From the NCBI GenBank assembly GCA_001687465.1, contig LVLI01000305.1, positions 62,001 to 126,000 on the forward strand: a DNA stretch of 64,000 nt. Direction: 5' to 3'. Source of the stretch: Halocafeteria seosinensis (lineage: Eukaryota). The number at the start of each line of letters is the position of its first letter. The first letter of the stretch is position 1. Positions 39,099 through 54,159 of the stretch are shown here, piece by piece. The notes under the pieces are model-generated. The model made no database searches, was not told the origin of the DNA, and was given only the letters and a program-made list of their open reading frames with translations. A program made the translations under genes and the position numbers.

Positions 39099-40675
39099 CT
39101 ATTGGGTGGCGTATACGTCCCACAGGGCCAGAGAGCCCTCCTGGTCACATGATGCGAACAAAGCAGGGTGATCCACTTTAGTGACGGATTGGTCCCTGAG
39201 AACCCCTCGCTGTGTGCGGAAGTAGCGAATGAAGCGGACATCACCCACTGTCTCGCAATGGGTTGCATCAAGAACAGCGAGTTGCTTCAGACTCTTGCCA
39301 CTGAAGAGCCACAACTTATGATCCCACCCGCCACACACCAGTAGTTTCCCATCGCTCCTGCATGCAATAGAACCTATTCCCGTGGTTGGGAGAGAGATTT
39401 GCTTATGCAAACTGATACGAACACTGTTATCCTCGGAGGTGTCACTAACGGAGACCTTAAATCGATAGAGATTGGGACCTGCTTCCCCGCAGTACACAGA
39501 GGCACCCAAAGCACCCTCATGACTGTCAGGAATCGCGGTGACTGAAATAAGAGAACGGCTACTAATACGTTTCCGAACGGGCTTCCTGATCATTCTCCAA
39601 GCTGTGCAGGGCGATGCTTGCACAGCCAAGGTAAGACCAGATTTGCCTTCGGAAGTGAGCCCTGTCGACCAATTCTCCGTGCCAGAGTCTTTGTGAGCAG
39701 ATGGCGAAATAGGCAAAGAAACTTTACGCTGGTCAAATATCCCTACTTGAAGGAACCCGCCGTCATCTACAGAAATGATCATGAAGAGGGAGTTGATTTT
39801 CAACAAGGTGCACCCCATGCATGTTCCTTCTGACGCATCGGTATCTTCCGCCGTTCCCATGTTGAGGACATTCCGTGTTTTTATCGAAACAGTTTCCTCG
39901 TCGTTATTGGATCTCGTCACTTCCCATATACTTATTGTTCCTGTTTTTTCAGGAGGTGGTACACCAAACAGCCAACCTGATCCATTGTTATGCGCTAATA
40001 AGCTCATCTTTGAAAAAGTACCCGCACATGACGCCACTTCGGCTAAAGTATTGGGGACCCGTCCGGCTGTCTGTTCACTGTCAAAGCTCCAATCCCACAG
40101 TCGAACGAACCCATCACGTCCATGGCTGCAGTGGTCGGCTTAGCAGAGTGAGGTCTTAGATGGCTATAGAGAAAAGGCGTCCCACATTTTCTTACGTGAA
40201 TAGCACACCACCAGAATATTTGATGGAGATGATTCCACTAGAATGTCCTTTCCACTGTACCAGTAACTTCGCGTTATCGCCATTCCAAACAAAGATAGTT
40301 CCATCTCCAGCCCTGTCAACAGCATATACGAGACAGCATGATTATGTCGAAACACGCTTACATACGATCTACTCACCCGGCAAGAAGTACTACAGGGGCA
40401 TCTGGAGTCTCTTCTAGCTTCACGACCTCCACCGACTGTAGAGCATGTAGTCCTTTCTTCGCTAAATTTTCTTTGCTTTTAGACGCTCCGATGGGAGCTT
40501 CATTAGGCAAATACGGAGAATGGGCTGAAGCTGCTGCAGCGTTTGGAGATCTAAGCTGGCGTATGGGTGGACCCGGTACGTTTCGTTTGCTGCCTTCGGA
40601 TCCATTCTCAGCTTTCGGTGACCTCGATACCACGCGTTCCTCCCTTTTGCCCTGGTGGATTTGCCTATTATCCAT
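39099..40675 (-). CDS. WD40 protein, GNB1L/Asa1-like (5' end uncertain)
   Basis: Spliced HGRDGFVRLWD and a C-terminus GIGSIACRSDGKLLVCGGWDHKLWLF....LAVL..H...ASCDQEGSLALWDVY typical of GNB1L/Asa1. Confidence 0.7.
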
Positions 40676-41150
40676 CGCTCAAAGGACCAATGCTCTGCAA
40701 GGTCATCGAAGACTGCCCCACCTTCACAGGTCAATGCCTACCTACATGGGAACATCTATGGAGATATCCTTTCAGTTCGCGTTACTGCAAAGATGAACTC
40801 CACACATAGCCCGATGCGCAACAATTATGTCGCTTTATGCACTGTGAGGGCCTTACAGTGAGGCTAGCTTGGTCATTGATCAATCGAATGACATCGACGA
40901 ATGTATCGAAGCTGGCAACCGGGCAAACTTTTGTTGCACCTCAAACTTCAACCACAACCGCCGCAGAGCCGCTTGAAGTTTGTGCAGTTAGTTTGATTGG
41001 GAAGATTTGGTACGCGCTTCGAGCACGGTCAACGATTAAACACTCGTTACTTCTAAAATAGGGATCCTCAAACCCCCTCATTTTAGAATCTTTTAAAGTA
41101 TTTGTTCATCAGTCTTTGCTTGTTGAATTAATTCCCTTTTTCGAATCAAA

Positions 41151-42838
<1,688 letters not shown>

Positions 42839-43578
42839 ACGATTCCATAATCGATTAGGTAATGTAGCAGCATTAGAAATACATTTTGCTCTACACCGAA
42901 GGTACAGTTTTAATTAATGAACCACACCAAAGAACATACTCGTTCTCCCCTCCGTGTTAGCGACGAGATTTTGAACATGTCCACGTGCATTAGTACTGAA
43001 TTAACTGCCCGAGCCACGACTGACACCGCCGGACTGGTAATTACTAATTACCCAACCCTCCCTGGTTTGAGTCACAACCGTAAGCATAATACTCAACAAG
43101 TTGCAGTACACTGAAAGAGACAGGATTGTGTGCACGAAGAGGTGACTCAAAGGTTGTCATTTCTTTATAGGCGGGTATTCGAAGGTGTTCTCTGTTCCAT
43201 TTAAACCTTCGCAAGGGTAGTGCTGTTGGGAAATCAGAGCGCCATTTTTCCGTTCACTGCAGTGCAACGATTGCCTACATTTTATCCCCACTGTTGAGTG
43301 AGACGTGTGAACAGTGTACACCCTGTTGACCTTTCGTTTGAAGAAATAAGATAAGAGACCGCAGAAGGTACGATGGCAGCGTTTTAAGTAGTGAGAATAG
43401 CGGCTCGGAGTGTTGGCCGTTGAGTTCAACTTCTAACCGCCCCAAGGACACATTCCGGCGGCAATGATTCCGCTTCCTGCTTCCTGAATTTTTAACTTTA
43501 TATTTTCGGGTGTTCGAAAATATCTGTCTGGTCTGATCATACGCCATTTTCTTTTTGATTTCACTCTGCAGAATCAGG

Positions 43579-44884
43579 ATGCAGCACTGTGGAAAGACTG
43601 TTGCTGAGAAATCATGGGATCTCCTGATAACCTATACGACAGAGCGGGTGGTCCTCTACAAAGACGCGAGGATCGGCCTCCTTCATAAGGGTTGTATTGT
43701 GGCACTGGCGATCTACCTGATCTTCGAGATTCTATCCTCTCATGCATACATGCGAAAGGTGTCTCCACAAACTTCCGTTAACGCATGGATCGACGGAAAT
43801 AAGACGCTGAACCGCCTCAAGAACATTCGTGATGGGGTCGAGGCCGCACCTTCATATTGTGGCTCAGATGATACCGAATATACCTATGGGCCTGGATTCA
43901 CGTACTTTGACAACACGTGCGATGACTCAGCGGTCCTGGCTGAGATATTTCACAAGGGAAGTACTTCCGTCGCGTTTGTCTCGTATTATCAAGATACTCC
44001 ATTGGACCGAGTTGGAAAAGGGAGGCCAGTTAACGCCTTTATTCCGGCGATTGAAGATATTAACCTGTTTTTCAGCCACGGTTTCACAACAGCTCTGGGA
44101 ATAGGGGACGCTAATGTTGAGTCAAAGCTGCAATCAGATAACGGGAAACTGTCGAAGAAATTTGAGAATGGCGAACCAGTGCATATAAAACTATCTGAGC
44201 TATTGGAGATGGCAGGAATTGACTTTGATGCGCGCCATAAAGACAGTGGAGGTGCTCCTCCTACTCCTGGTACCAAGTGGCCAATCTATCGCATGACCGG
44301 AGTCGATATAACTGTTGGTAAGTTTGCTGGAATTTGGACTCTGTTACTCGATTTGGATGATTTCCCTGTCTCACAGAGATGAAGTATCAAAACTTCCGAA
44401 GTGACAGTGTATTTGATTTCTCCCACTTCTTGGATGCCAAGGTGTCGGCTACTCAGGGAGTGTGGAGCAGTCGAGGTCAGCAGCTCCACTCTAAATGGAA
44501 CGAGACCGAAGGACAATTGATTCCTTTTGAACGATACCCTCAGGTGATAGCTGTCCGCTTCAAAGCATCCGGTAAGTGCGAGAGTAGGCAAGGTGTGGGT
44601 TCCTCATGCAGCACTGTCGCACGTGTGCTGACGCAGGCGAGATCGGACGTCCGGATCCATTTACTGCGGTGATGAACATCGCTGTAGGCGCAGCCATTTT
44701 TGGTGTCGCCAAACATATTGTAGATACCGCTGGCAATTTTATCATCCGAGAGTTCTACGATAAGAAAAATCTGGACCATGGCGATTTCACGGTTATGGAC
44801 TATATGAAGAAACGGATGTGGGACGAAGATGACGAAAAGCTCAAGAGTAAACGCCAAATCCACTTTGAAGAAGACAAAGTTTAG
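43579..44884 (+). CDS. P2X purinoceptor-like two-TM ion channel, copy 1 (5' end uncertain)
   Basis: YTTER (YxTxK/R motif), TM1 IGLLHKGCIVALAIYLIF, ectodomain with YRMTG and NFR, then GEIGRPDPFTAVMNIAVGAAIFGVAKHIVD (TM2 with conserved Asp). Two introns. Confidence 0.78.
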
Positions 44885-45507
44885 TTGACGATTCTCCCTT
44901 TCAGACTGACTTTTGTGTACAGTACAAGTACAGTATCAGACGCTCGACTGCTCGCCGATGGTCTATCGTGATCGTTGCATCCCAGCATAACAGCATCGCA
45001 TATTTCTCGTGCTTCATACTGAAAAACTCCCACTTTCCACGGTGTTCTTACGCAAAAATACAACACGCCGTGGCGCCTTTTTTAGCTGGAATTAACTGCC
45101 ACTGTCGTAGTAACGGCGCAGTACTTCTGATTTTCGACACGCTTGGCCCCGTCCTGGACTCCTGCAGCTTCATCTTCACAAAGTCAGTAACTCGGCATGC
45201 ATTCCGAACTGCACCAATAAATTTATTGGAGAGGATCCTAGCATCAAGGACGGACCTGCTACTCTTTTTTGCGGCTTCTCAAAATAACGAACAGTGTTGT
45301 ATTGTGACCGCTCGAACCCCAGAACCCGCACAAGGTTCCAAGTTGGGTTTTTCACCCACTCTGCGGGTTGCTATTTCCAAGCACACCCTGTAGGTACGAG
45401 AAAGGAAAAGCAATCTCCCCATCAACCTGATATCTCATAACTGTGTCTTGCACTAGACAAAGCAGCGTGGTCCTGGACGAGGAGAAGGTCCCGTGCCGGG
45501 GTACTGT

Positions 45508-45635
45508 CCGGTGTGTCTGGGGTTTGCCATTGGTCGATTCCCAACGCAGCAACTAAGTTCCCTGTAAGGCCCCGGTGTGTCCGGGGTTTACCCCTGGTCG
45601 ATTCCCAACGCAGCAAATTAGCTCCCTGTGAGCCC
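45508..45635. repeat. Two diverged direct copies of a 64-bp unit
   Basis: Units start at 45508 and 45572 and share ccggtgtgtc.ggggttt...tggtcgattcccaacgcagcaa...tccctgt. Confidence 0.85.
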
Positions 45636-46184
45636 CTCAAGGCCAGTGGGGGTTACGCATTGTTCTACCGAACAATGCATGGTTGGTGTTGGGAAATCTT
45701 GCAAACGTCAACCGAACTCATAAAGTGAATTTACAGCACTCTCCAAGTTGACAAGGAGTTAGCTTCGTCACAAAGTATCCAACCAGTGGTGTGCTGCGAG
45801 TGACCAACACCAAGCAGGGTGTTCTTGGTTCAACTGATCCAGTTTGGCGCGTGATATTCAACGATGTCGTAAGTGAGAGTATATGAATCCATGTGCACTT
45901 CATCCAAGAGCACTGCTGTAGGGGATGTGGAGTGGAAGTAGCGAAGTAGCGAACAGCTACAATCGTCAAGTTAGTACCCGGCGAAACCACGCTTCCCGGG
46001 GCACACGTAAGCGTCGTACAATACACCATACACGCATGTTGGTGGGAAGGGTATTTATCGCAGCAGTGTGAAGTTGCACTTTTTAGTTTTGGATTGTTTC
46101 TTGCAACATTTGACTAACGCGTTCGATGCGGAATGCAGAGGTAACGGAAGTGGATCTGGAAGTGGAAGCGGAGGCGGCGGCGCG

Positions 46185-47517
46185 ATGGGATGGGGGTATT
46201 ACATTAAAGACACAGCGTGGGACCTCCTGATTACCTACACGACTGAACGGGTTGTTTTGTACAAAGACTGGCGTATCGGTGGTTTGCATAAAGCTTGCAT
46301 TGCGTGCCTCGCATGTTACCTGGTCTTCGAGATTCTTTCTTCCCACCAGTATATGCACAAGGTCTCTCCGGCGACATCTGTCAACGCTTGGGTTGCTGGA
46401 CAAGACTTTCTCAATGGACTGGAACGAATGGATCAAAACCGAATCGGACTGCCATGGTACTGCAACAATTCAGCCACGGAGTACAGGTACGGCCCTGTGT
46501 TCACTTACTTCGACAACCTTTGTGACACGAAGGCCGTACTGGGAGAAATCTTCCATAAGGAGAGCCAAGCTGTTGGGATCGTTACCTACTATCAGGATCA
46601 GCCTTTGAAGCGAGTTGGTAGAGGTGAACCGGTAAACAATTTTATTCCTGGAGTAGAAAATATTACTCTGTTTTTTAGCCATGGCTTTACTACTTCGATT
46701 GGTATAAGTGATGCGAACGTTCAAACGACGGTCCGTTCAGAAAAAGGCGACAAACCCAAAAATTTCGCAGAAGGGGAGCCAGTCAGCATTCAAATAGCTG
46801 AGTTGCTTGATATGGCTGGTATTGATTTGGATGAACGCCACATCGATTCGGGGGGTGAGCCACCGGAACATGGAAGAAAGTGGCCACTATTTCGCATGAC
46901 AGGAGTAGACATCACCGTTGGTAAGTGTCTTGACGTCACGAGTTGAGTAGTAGAGCGCCTGTTGGTATGTTTTCCTATATTAAAAGCAGAAATGCGATAC
47001 AAGAATTTCCGGAGCAGCAGCGTCTTCGACTTTTCCAATACTTTGGATGCGACTGTGACTGCGACGGAAGGTGTTTGGACTAGTCTTGGCCAAATAATGC
47101 ATTCGAAATGGGAAGGCAACTCTTCTGATGGGCAATTGATTCCTTACGAACGGTATCCGCAAGTTATTATGTTTAACTTCAAAGCATCAGGTACGCAATC
47201 TGTTCGTGTCTTATGCCTGGTAAACCCACTAAACCCTCCGGTTCTATCCAGGTGAAATTGGAACTCCGGATCCCTTTACGGCTATAATGAATATAGCTGT
47301 TGGTGCTGCAATTTTCGGGGTAGCTAAAACAATTGTTGACACGTCTGGGAATTTCTTGGTGAGACAATTCTACGATAAGAAGAACCTCGATCATGGAGAT
47401 TTCCTCACTGTACAAAAGATCAAGCAGAAGGTTTGGGATGAGGAAAACGAAAAAATGAAAAGTCAGAGGGCCTTGCAATTCGATGATGAAGACGAAAAGA
47501 GCCAAGCTGCTGCTTAA
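46185..47517 (+). CDS. P2X purinoceptor-like two-TM ion channel, copy 2 (5' end uncertain)
   Basis: Close paralog of copy 1 (WDLLITYTTERVVLYKD, FFSHGFTT, RMTGVDITV, NFRS.SVFDFS, MNIAVGAAIFGVAK.IVD, FYDKKNLDHGDF) with the same two intron positions. Confidence 0.78.
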
Positions 47518-47964
47518 GTGGGTGTCATATGGGTCTAGATCTAGAAATCAAGAACCCGGTGTCCGCACCAGTATTCGCCTAATAATTTCTACACCTCTTG
47601 TTCATAGTGGCTGGTTGCCCATACCTTCTGGTCTTATATGCTGACTGATCATCACCATACGTTCACCCTTATCAGTGACATCACTATTGAACTGACATGT
47701 CTCTTAACTGATCACAGCCAGTGCAGTTGGGAAGAATTCCTTAATCAGTGACATCGTAGCATTCGTGTGGTTGTCAAGTAGGCATCTTCATCACTTACTC
47801 CACATTCGTCCAACAGAAACCTTCAGAACTGTAGAGCCTCCATAAGGTAAATATTACACAGAATAATCACGAAATTTTACTAGCAGCAAAAGACGGAAGT
47901 TCCAACATACACCATTAAAAGAGGTCTATTTCCTAGTACGAAGATTGCCGTAGTCAAGTTCCAG

Positions 47965-50874
47965 CTACTGTGCACGGCTGGAACTCGTGAATCCCGATTT
48001 AACACTCATTGTATCATCATCCGAAAATGAAGCAGCTTCCACGTCGTCACTAGTGTGAGAATGTCTCCTTGAGGAAGACGCACCACGACCATTAGTAGGA
48101 GTCAAAACGATTCGCATATCTGAGCGCACTTCTTTCCGATCTTTGCAGAAAACTTGGACGTCCAAGTCATTGCGCGAATCTCGTACTATAGGCAAAACCA
48201 TCATTAAGAATCCCTCTCGAACTTCTTCAGGGACCCGCGTTAGCTCGATTTTCTTCAGTGGTACCGCGGAGCCCTTGATCACGGCATCCAGTCGCGAACG
48301 AAGCCATGAAACCTTTCTTGGGTCTGTGGTCCACGAGTCTAACACTTCTGACACAGCAGGGTTCTCTAAACCTTCAGCGACAGCGGGTTCTTCAACGGGC
48401 ACAGACCTCCAACCGGAAGTCTTCCTCAGTTCTTCTTGTTCATGGCGCCGCTTCTCAGCTTCTTTCTCGAATTCCTGGAGTTGATCACTCAGCTTCTCAT
48501 TCGACCCTTTTAAGGAATCTACCTGCTGCTGTAGGGTTTTTATCTCATTTTTGAATGCATCAAGATCGTCATTTTTCTTCCTGAGCTCGTTTTTAGCCGA
48601 CTGAAGAGAGTCCTTTGTCGAAGTATACTTATTTTCAAAAGATGCTGCCTTCGCTGATAAGTCATTCGCCCTGCTCACGCTTTCCGACTTCTGATACTCG
48701 AGTTGTTTGCGAATTTTTCGCAAATTTTTTATCTCTTTGGCAAGGATGTGCAGTCGTTTTTCAGATTCCTTGGACGATTTCTCCGCTTTCTCCAGCTTGG
48801 ACGTCACTTTTTCATACTCTGATTTTAATTCATCATACTTCTGTTGTAGTGAGGTAAATGCTTGTTTCCAATAGTTGATTTGCTCATCTGATCCTTGAAT
48901 TCGACTTCTTGCCGTGGTCCATACCCTTCGAAGGTTCTCGATACTACTCTGAAGTTTAATGATGCGTCCGTCTTCTTGGACGATTGACTGAATCGTTTGA
49001 GACTCAAACAGTTCATACATCTTCGTCACTTCTTCCTGAATTTCCTGGAACCGGTGAAAGACTTGTGAGACAGTGTCTTTCAGCCTGTTGACGGTCTCCA
49101 CAGAGCTATGGTTCTCCTTGCGATGTTCGTCGATACTCTTCTGGAGTTCAACAGATGCATTGTGTTCACGCGTAAGCTCATCCTGAAGCTGGGCCACTTG
49201 ATCTCGTAGCGCTGCGTTACTATCTCCATACTCTTTTACATTGTTCTCCAGAGCAGTTATTTTCTCTGAAAGCTGCTTCGATCTGTTTTCTTCTTGACTA
49301 ACCATTTCCCTTTCTTTTGAGAGAGCTTCTTGTGACTCTTTCAGTTGCTGACGAACGGCATTGATCTCACCTTCCTTCTGAGCTATAGTCTTTTCGTTTG
49401 CTTCTTTCGCTTGTTTCCATTTATCTCCCTCTTCATTAAAACAATTTTTTAATTCATCAATTTCTTCCTCCCTAGAAGTAACGGTAGCGTCCTGTTCGCT
49501 GATCCTACGTCGGAGCTCATCCACCTCACTCTGCTTTTCCTTTTTCAAAGTCTCGATCTGGGAGTCTTTAGAAGAAATGACTTCATTCTTTTCCTTCTCC
49601 AGCTCATCTAGTTTGCCTTCCAAGTCCTGCCGTTGGGTTTCAACACGGCTCTTCTCACTATTGAGTGTAGCGCGGAGACTCTCGAGTTCCTTCTGCAAGG
49701 CCGTCACTTCATCTTTTTTGTCCTGTAGAGTGGCACGAAGTCCACTGTCTCTATTTGCTTTCTCAAGTTCCCTTTGATACTGCTCTATTTGCCCATCCTT
49801 TGAAGCGATACACTCGTCTTTTTCCTTCAGCAGTTTCTCTCGCTCGCGTGTTTCGGCCAGTAGCTTTCTTTGCAAGTCGTTCAATTCTCTGTCTTTGAGC
49901 GATATTTGCTCATTGGACTCTTGCTTGATATCTTCTTTCTCCTTCTCCAAAGCATCAACTCTTGAAGTCTTATCATCTAGTTGCCGTCGTATGTCTTGTA
50001 ATTCTTCCTCTATCTCTCTGGTGTTTGCTTGACCAGTTGCAGCCGTGTCGACCTTTCCTTGAGAACTGCCAAACCCGTCTAGGTTATTCGCATTTGATTC
50101 TCCACTCTGACAACGAATATACTCCTCACGGAGCCTCTGGATTTCTTCGTCCTTGGATGATTGGAGTTGGTCCTTTTCCTGTTGACTATGATCTAGTTCT
50201 CGTTGCATCCGTTCTAGTTCCTGCTCTATATTATCCTTGTCTCTTTTTTTTCTCTGCTCAAGTTCTTCCGTCAATTGCGATACTTTGGTTTCGTGTTCGT
50301 CTCTGTTACGCTGGGCTTCCTCTACTGCCTTCTTCTGCTCGCTTAGTTCTTCCTCCAGTGTGTTCATCTGGTCCCTTACCCTATCTCGCTCCTCTTTAAC
50401 TGCCTCCAACTCCTGCTGGTACTGTTCTACTCTTTCCTTATTTTGTTCCTGTTGAGCACTGTGCTCATGTGCCTCGGTCGCCTTCTTCCTGAACTCTTCC
50501 TTTTCATTATATAGCTGTTGATACTCTTCATGGGCTTGCTCCAGACTCTTTCTCAGTTCCTCCAGTTCCTTGTCTCGTTCTTCGTCTTCTTTGGTAGCCA
50601 CTTGCTCTCGTTGGAGAAAGTCTTCCTCGGGTCCTAGGAGCGCGAAATTGCCGTGATTCTCGGTGATTCGCTTGAACAGGGCCTTACGTGCATGATAATG
50701 CGGCAGGACTTGCTCCAGCGCTACTCTGAAATTTTGCTGTTTTGACGGCGATGCGCCTCCTCCTTCCACTTCCCCTGCTTGTTCAGCATGGTTACTGTTA
50801 CTATGAGCACTGACACGGTCCATGGATGCATCATGTTGCGCTGAAACAGCACTCTCCATGGTGTGATGCCTCAC
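47965..50874 (-). CDS. Long coiled-coil protein with a small C-terminal globular region, function unknown
   Basis: 969-aa uninterrupted ORF, rich in E/K/Q/L heptads over most of its length. Confidence 0.85.
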   Translation of the reverse strand: MRHHTMESAVSAQHDASMDRVSAHSNSNHAEQAGEVEGGGASPSKQQNFRVALEQVLPHYHARKALFKRITENHGNFALLGPEEDFLQREQVATKEDEERDKELEELRKSLEQAHEEYQQLYNEKEEFRKKATEAHEHSAQQEQNKERVEQYQQELEAVKEERDRVRDQMNTLEEELSEQKKAVEEAQRNRDEHETKVSQLTEELEQRKKRDKDNIEQELERMQRELDHSQQEKDQLQSSKDEEIQRLREEYIRCQSGESNANNLDGFGSSQGKVDTAATGQANTREIEEELQDIRRQLDDKTSRVDALEKEKEDIKQESNEQISLKDRELNDLQRKLLAETREREKLLKEKDECIASKDGQIEQYQRELEKANRDSGLRATLQDKKDEVTALQKELESLRATLNSEKSRVETQRQDLEGKLDELEKEKNEVISSKDSQIETLKKEKQSEVDELRRRISEQDATVTSREEEIDELKNCFNEEGDKWKQAKEANEKTIAQKEGEINAVRQQLKESQEALSKEREMVSQEENRSKQLSEKITALENNVKEYGDSNAALRDQVAQLQDELTREHNASVELQKSIDEHRKENHSSVETVNRLKDTVSQVFHRFQEIQEEVTKMYELFESQTIQSIVQEDGRIIKLQSSIENLRRVWTTARSRIQGSDEQINYWKQAFTSLQQKYDELKSEYEKVTSKLEKAEKSSKESEKRLHILAKEIKNLRKIRKQLEYQKSESVSRANDLSAKAASFENKYTSTKDSLQSAKNELRKKNDDLDAFKNEIKTLQQQVDSLKGSNEKLSDQLQEFEKEAEKRRHEQEELRKTSGWRSVPVEEPAVAEGLENPAVSEVLDSWTTDPRKVSWLRSRLDAVIKGSAVPLKKIELTRVPEEVREGFLMMVLPIVRDSRNDLDVQVFCKDRKEVRSDMRIVLTPTNGRGASSSRRHSHTSDDVEAASFSDDDTMSVKSGFTSSSRAQ

Positions 50875-50971
50875 GAGTTGCTGTGCTGCCTCTATCTAAC
50901 AACAGACTCTGTCCGTGTTTGATGATGATGGTGAACCACAACAATCAATATATGTAATATAAATAACAGCA

Positions 50972-52028
50972 ATGAATGTGATTATACAATCAATCATTAT
51001 ACTATGCACTATCCTGCTCCTCCTGGAGACGGCTGCGGACGGAGCACCCTCTGCCACCTCCCGGGGTTCATGCGCCTCACAGCCTTTTACACGAGAATGC
51101 AACAGTATATCAGCCTTAGTACAGCATCCTGGGACGGATGTGGAAGTCCAGAATTGGCCGAGTGCCTCAGAGGAACGATTTACGAGGCGAGTCTACACCG
51201 GGTACGTCCCCATTTCGGGCCGGCTTTATCGAGGTTACTACGCTAAAGTCGATGATTTGAAGCATATTTCATTCGAGATGCTCCCGAACGGATGCGCGGA
51301 AAGACACAATACCTCAACCACAGCCAAAGAGTTGGGATGCACGTACGCCACCAACGCGTAAGTTGTAAACACAATGTTAGCCTTGATATTTTGGTACTAG
51401 ATTCATTTTACTTACGTGTGCAGAGGGTTCTTTAACGTGACTGGTACAAATTGTATTGGTAACATTGTTTTGAATGGAACCGTACTGCAGAGCCCCGAGG
51501 ATTTCGGTGGAGTTAACTTTGGCCTCACCAGTGATAGGAAAATTGTTTCTGGCTATATTAGTCACCAGGCGTTGCCTTCGTTTAACTTCGAAACGCTAGT
51601 ATCTGGAGTTGGATTCCTCGTTCGAGAGGGAGAATCATTTATAGACCAATCTCGTGATTTAAATACGTCCAGTAATTTCGTTCTCGAGAAGGCACCAAGG
51701 ACCAGTATTGGAACGTTCAAGAACGGCAGTGTGTTTGTGTTCCAAACAGACGGTATCGAAACTGTGGGAGAAGGTCTCAGTTTGTACGAGTTTACGTCTG
51801 TATTGATTGATGTAGTCGGGGCTTGGAATGTCGTGAATTTAGGTATGTGGGCTTCGTTGATCCGCGGGGGCTAACTTTCCCCTCTTCACTTGAGCATCTT
51901 CTGACACAGATGGAGGAGGGAGCAGCGTTTCGGTGTACGACGGCCATGTGATATCGCGACCGACTTGTTTGGATCTCCCTTTCCCAGTATGTCAAAGGGC
52001 CGTCACTACAATTGCGTGTTTCAGGTAA
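50972..52028 (+). CDS. Phosphodiester glycosidase (NAGPA / uncovering-enzyme-like), secreted
   Basis: Signal peptide, C.YATNA | GFFN...CIGNIV..G, NFGLT.D...V.GY, LVSGV.FLVR.GES, KAPRTSIG and NL | DGGGSS...RPTC...CQRAVTTIACFR*. Confidence 0.85.
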
Positions 52029-52540
52029 TGAGAGTTGGAGAAAGGTGTACACTCCCTTGATAGTTCAGGATTGGAACTTGTTTGCCCATCATTCAATAAG
52101 CATGATTAAGAGACGTATAGTGTACTACATACAACCTTGTCTAATTTTTGCGTGTCTGCGAACTGCGTTCTCTCGTTTGAGGTTCGTCTTCTTCACAAAT
52201 ACACAATGCACTAAGTGTTCGCCTGAAGATGCAGCACATCAACCATGCTTCTTTGAATGAACCCCGCGCAACTTCATTTCAAACGCGTATTTCTTTCCCA
52301 AAGTTGGATTCTTTTCGTTAACTATTGGAGTGAAGTTCGGTGCAAGGAAACTTTGTTGGCTCCCCACGAGGTGTCCGTGTGTTGTTTGAGCGAGGAATCA
52401 TTGGGAGAAGTGCGTCGCGACTAGATCGATTGTCTTGTACACATCATTTTCTACGCCACATAGTATAGCTGCATCTCTTAACAGAAATAGGCTCTTTTTA
52501 CTCTTTAAATGTTTCATCGCTCGAGTAGAGCAATAGAAAT

Positions 52541-53970
<1,430 letters not shown>

Positions 53971-54159
53971 ATACACACTGCTTGTCAAAATGCACCAACG
54001 TTGACACACTTAATAACTCAGGGATATTTAACGAGTCTTTGTCCATGCAGCAGTAGACTGCACCCTTGAAGGAAGCCAGGTATTCCGATGGTATCGGGTA
54101 ATGTTCGATTAACTTAACATCGAATGATTTAGAATCAAATCAATTTTAGTTTCTCACCA

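Noticed and set aside
45508..45635. CRISPR array or tRNA genes
   Set aside because: Only two adjacent units, no unique spacers, a eukaryotic context and no cloverleaf.
47640..47760. Degenerate repeat of ctgatca / atcagtgacatc motifs
   Set aside because: Only two short matches; too weak to call an element.
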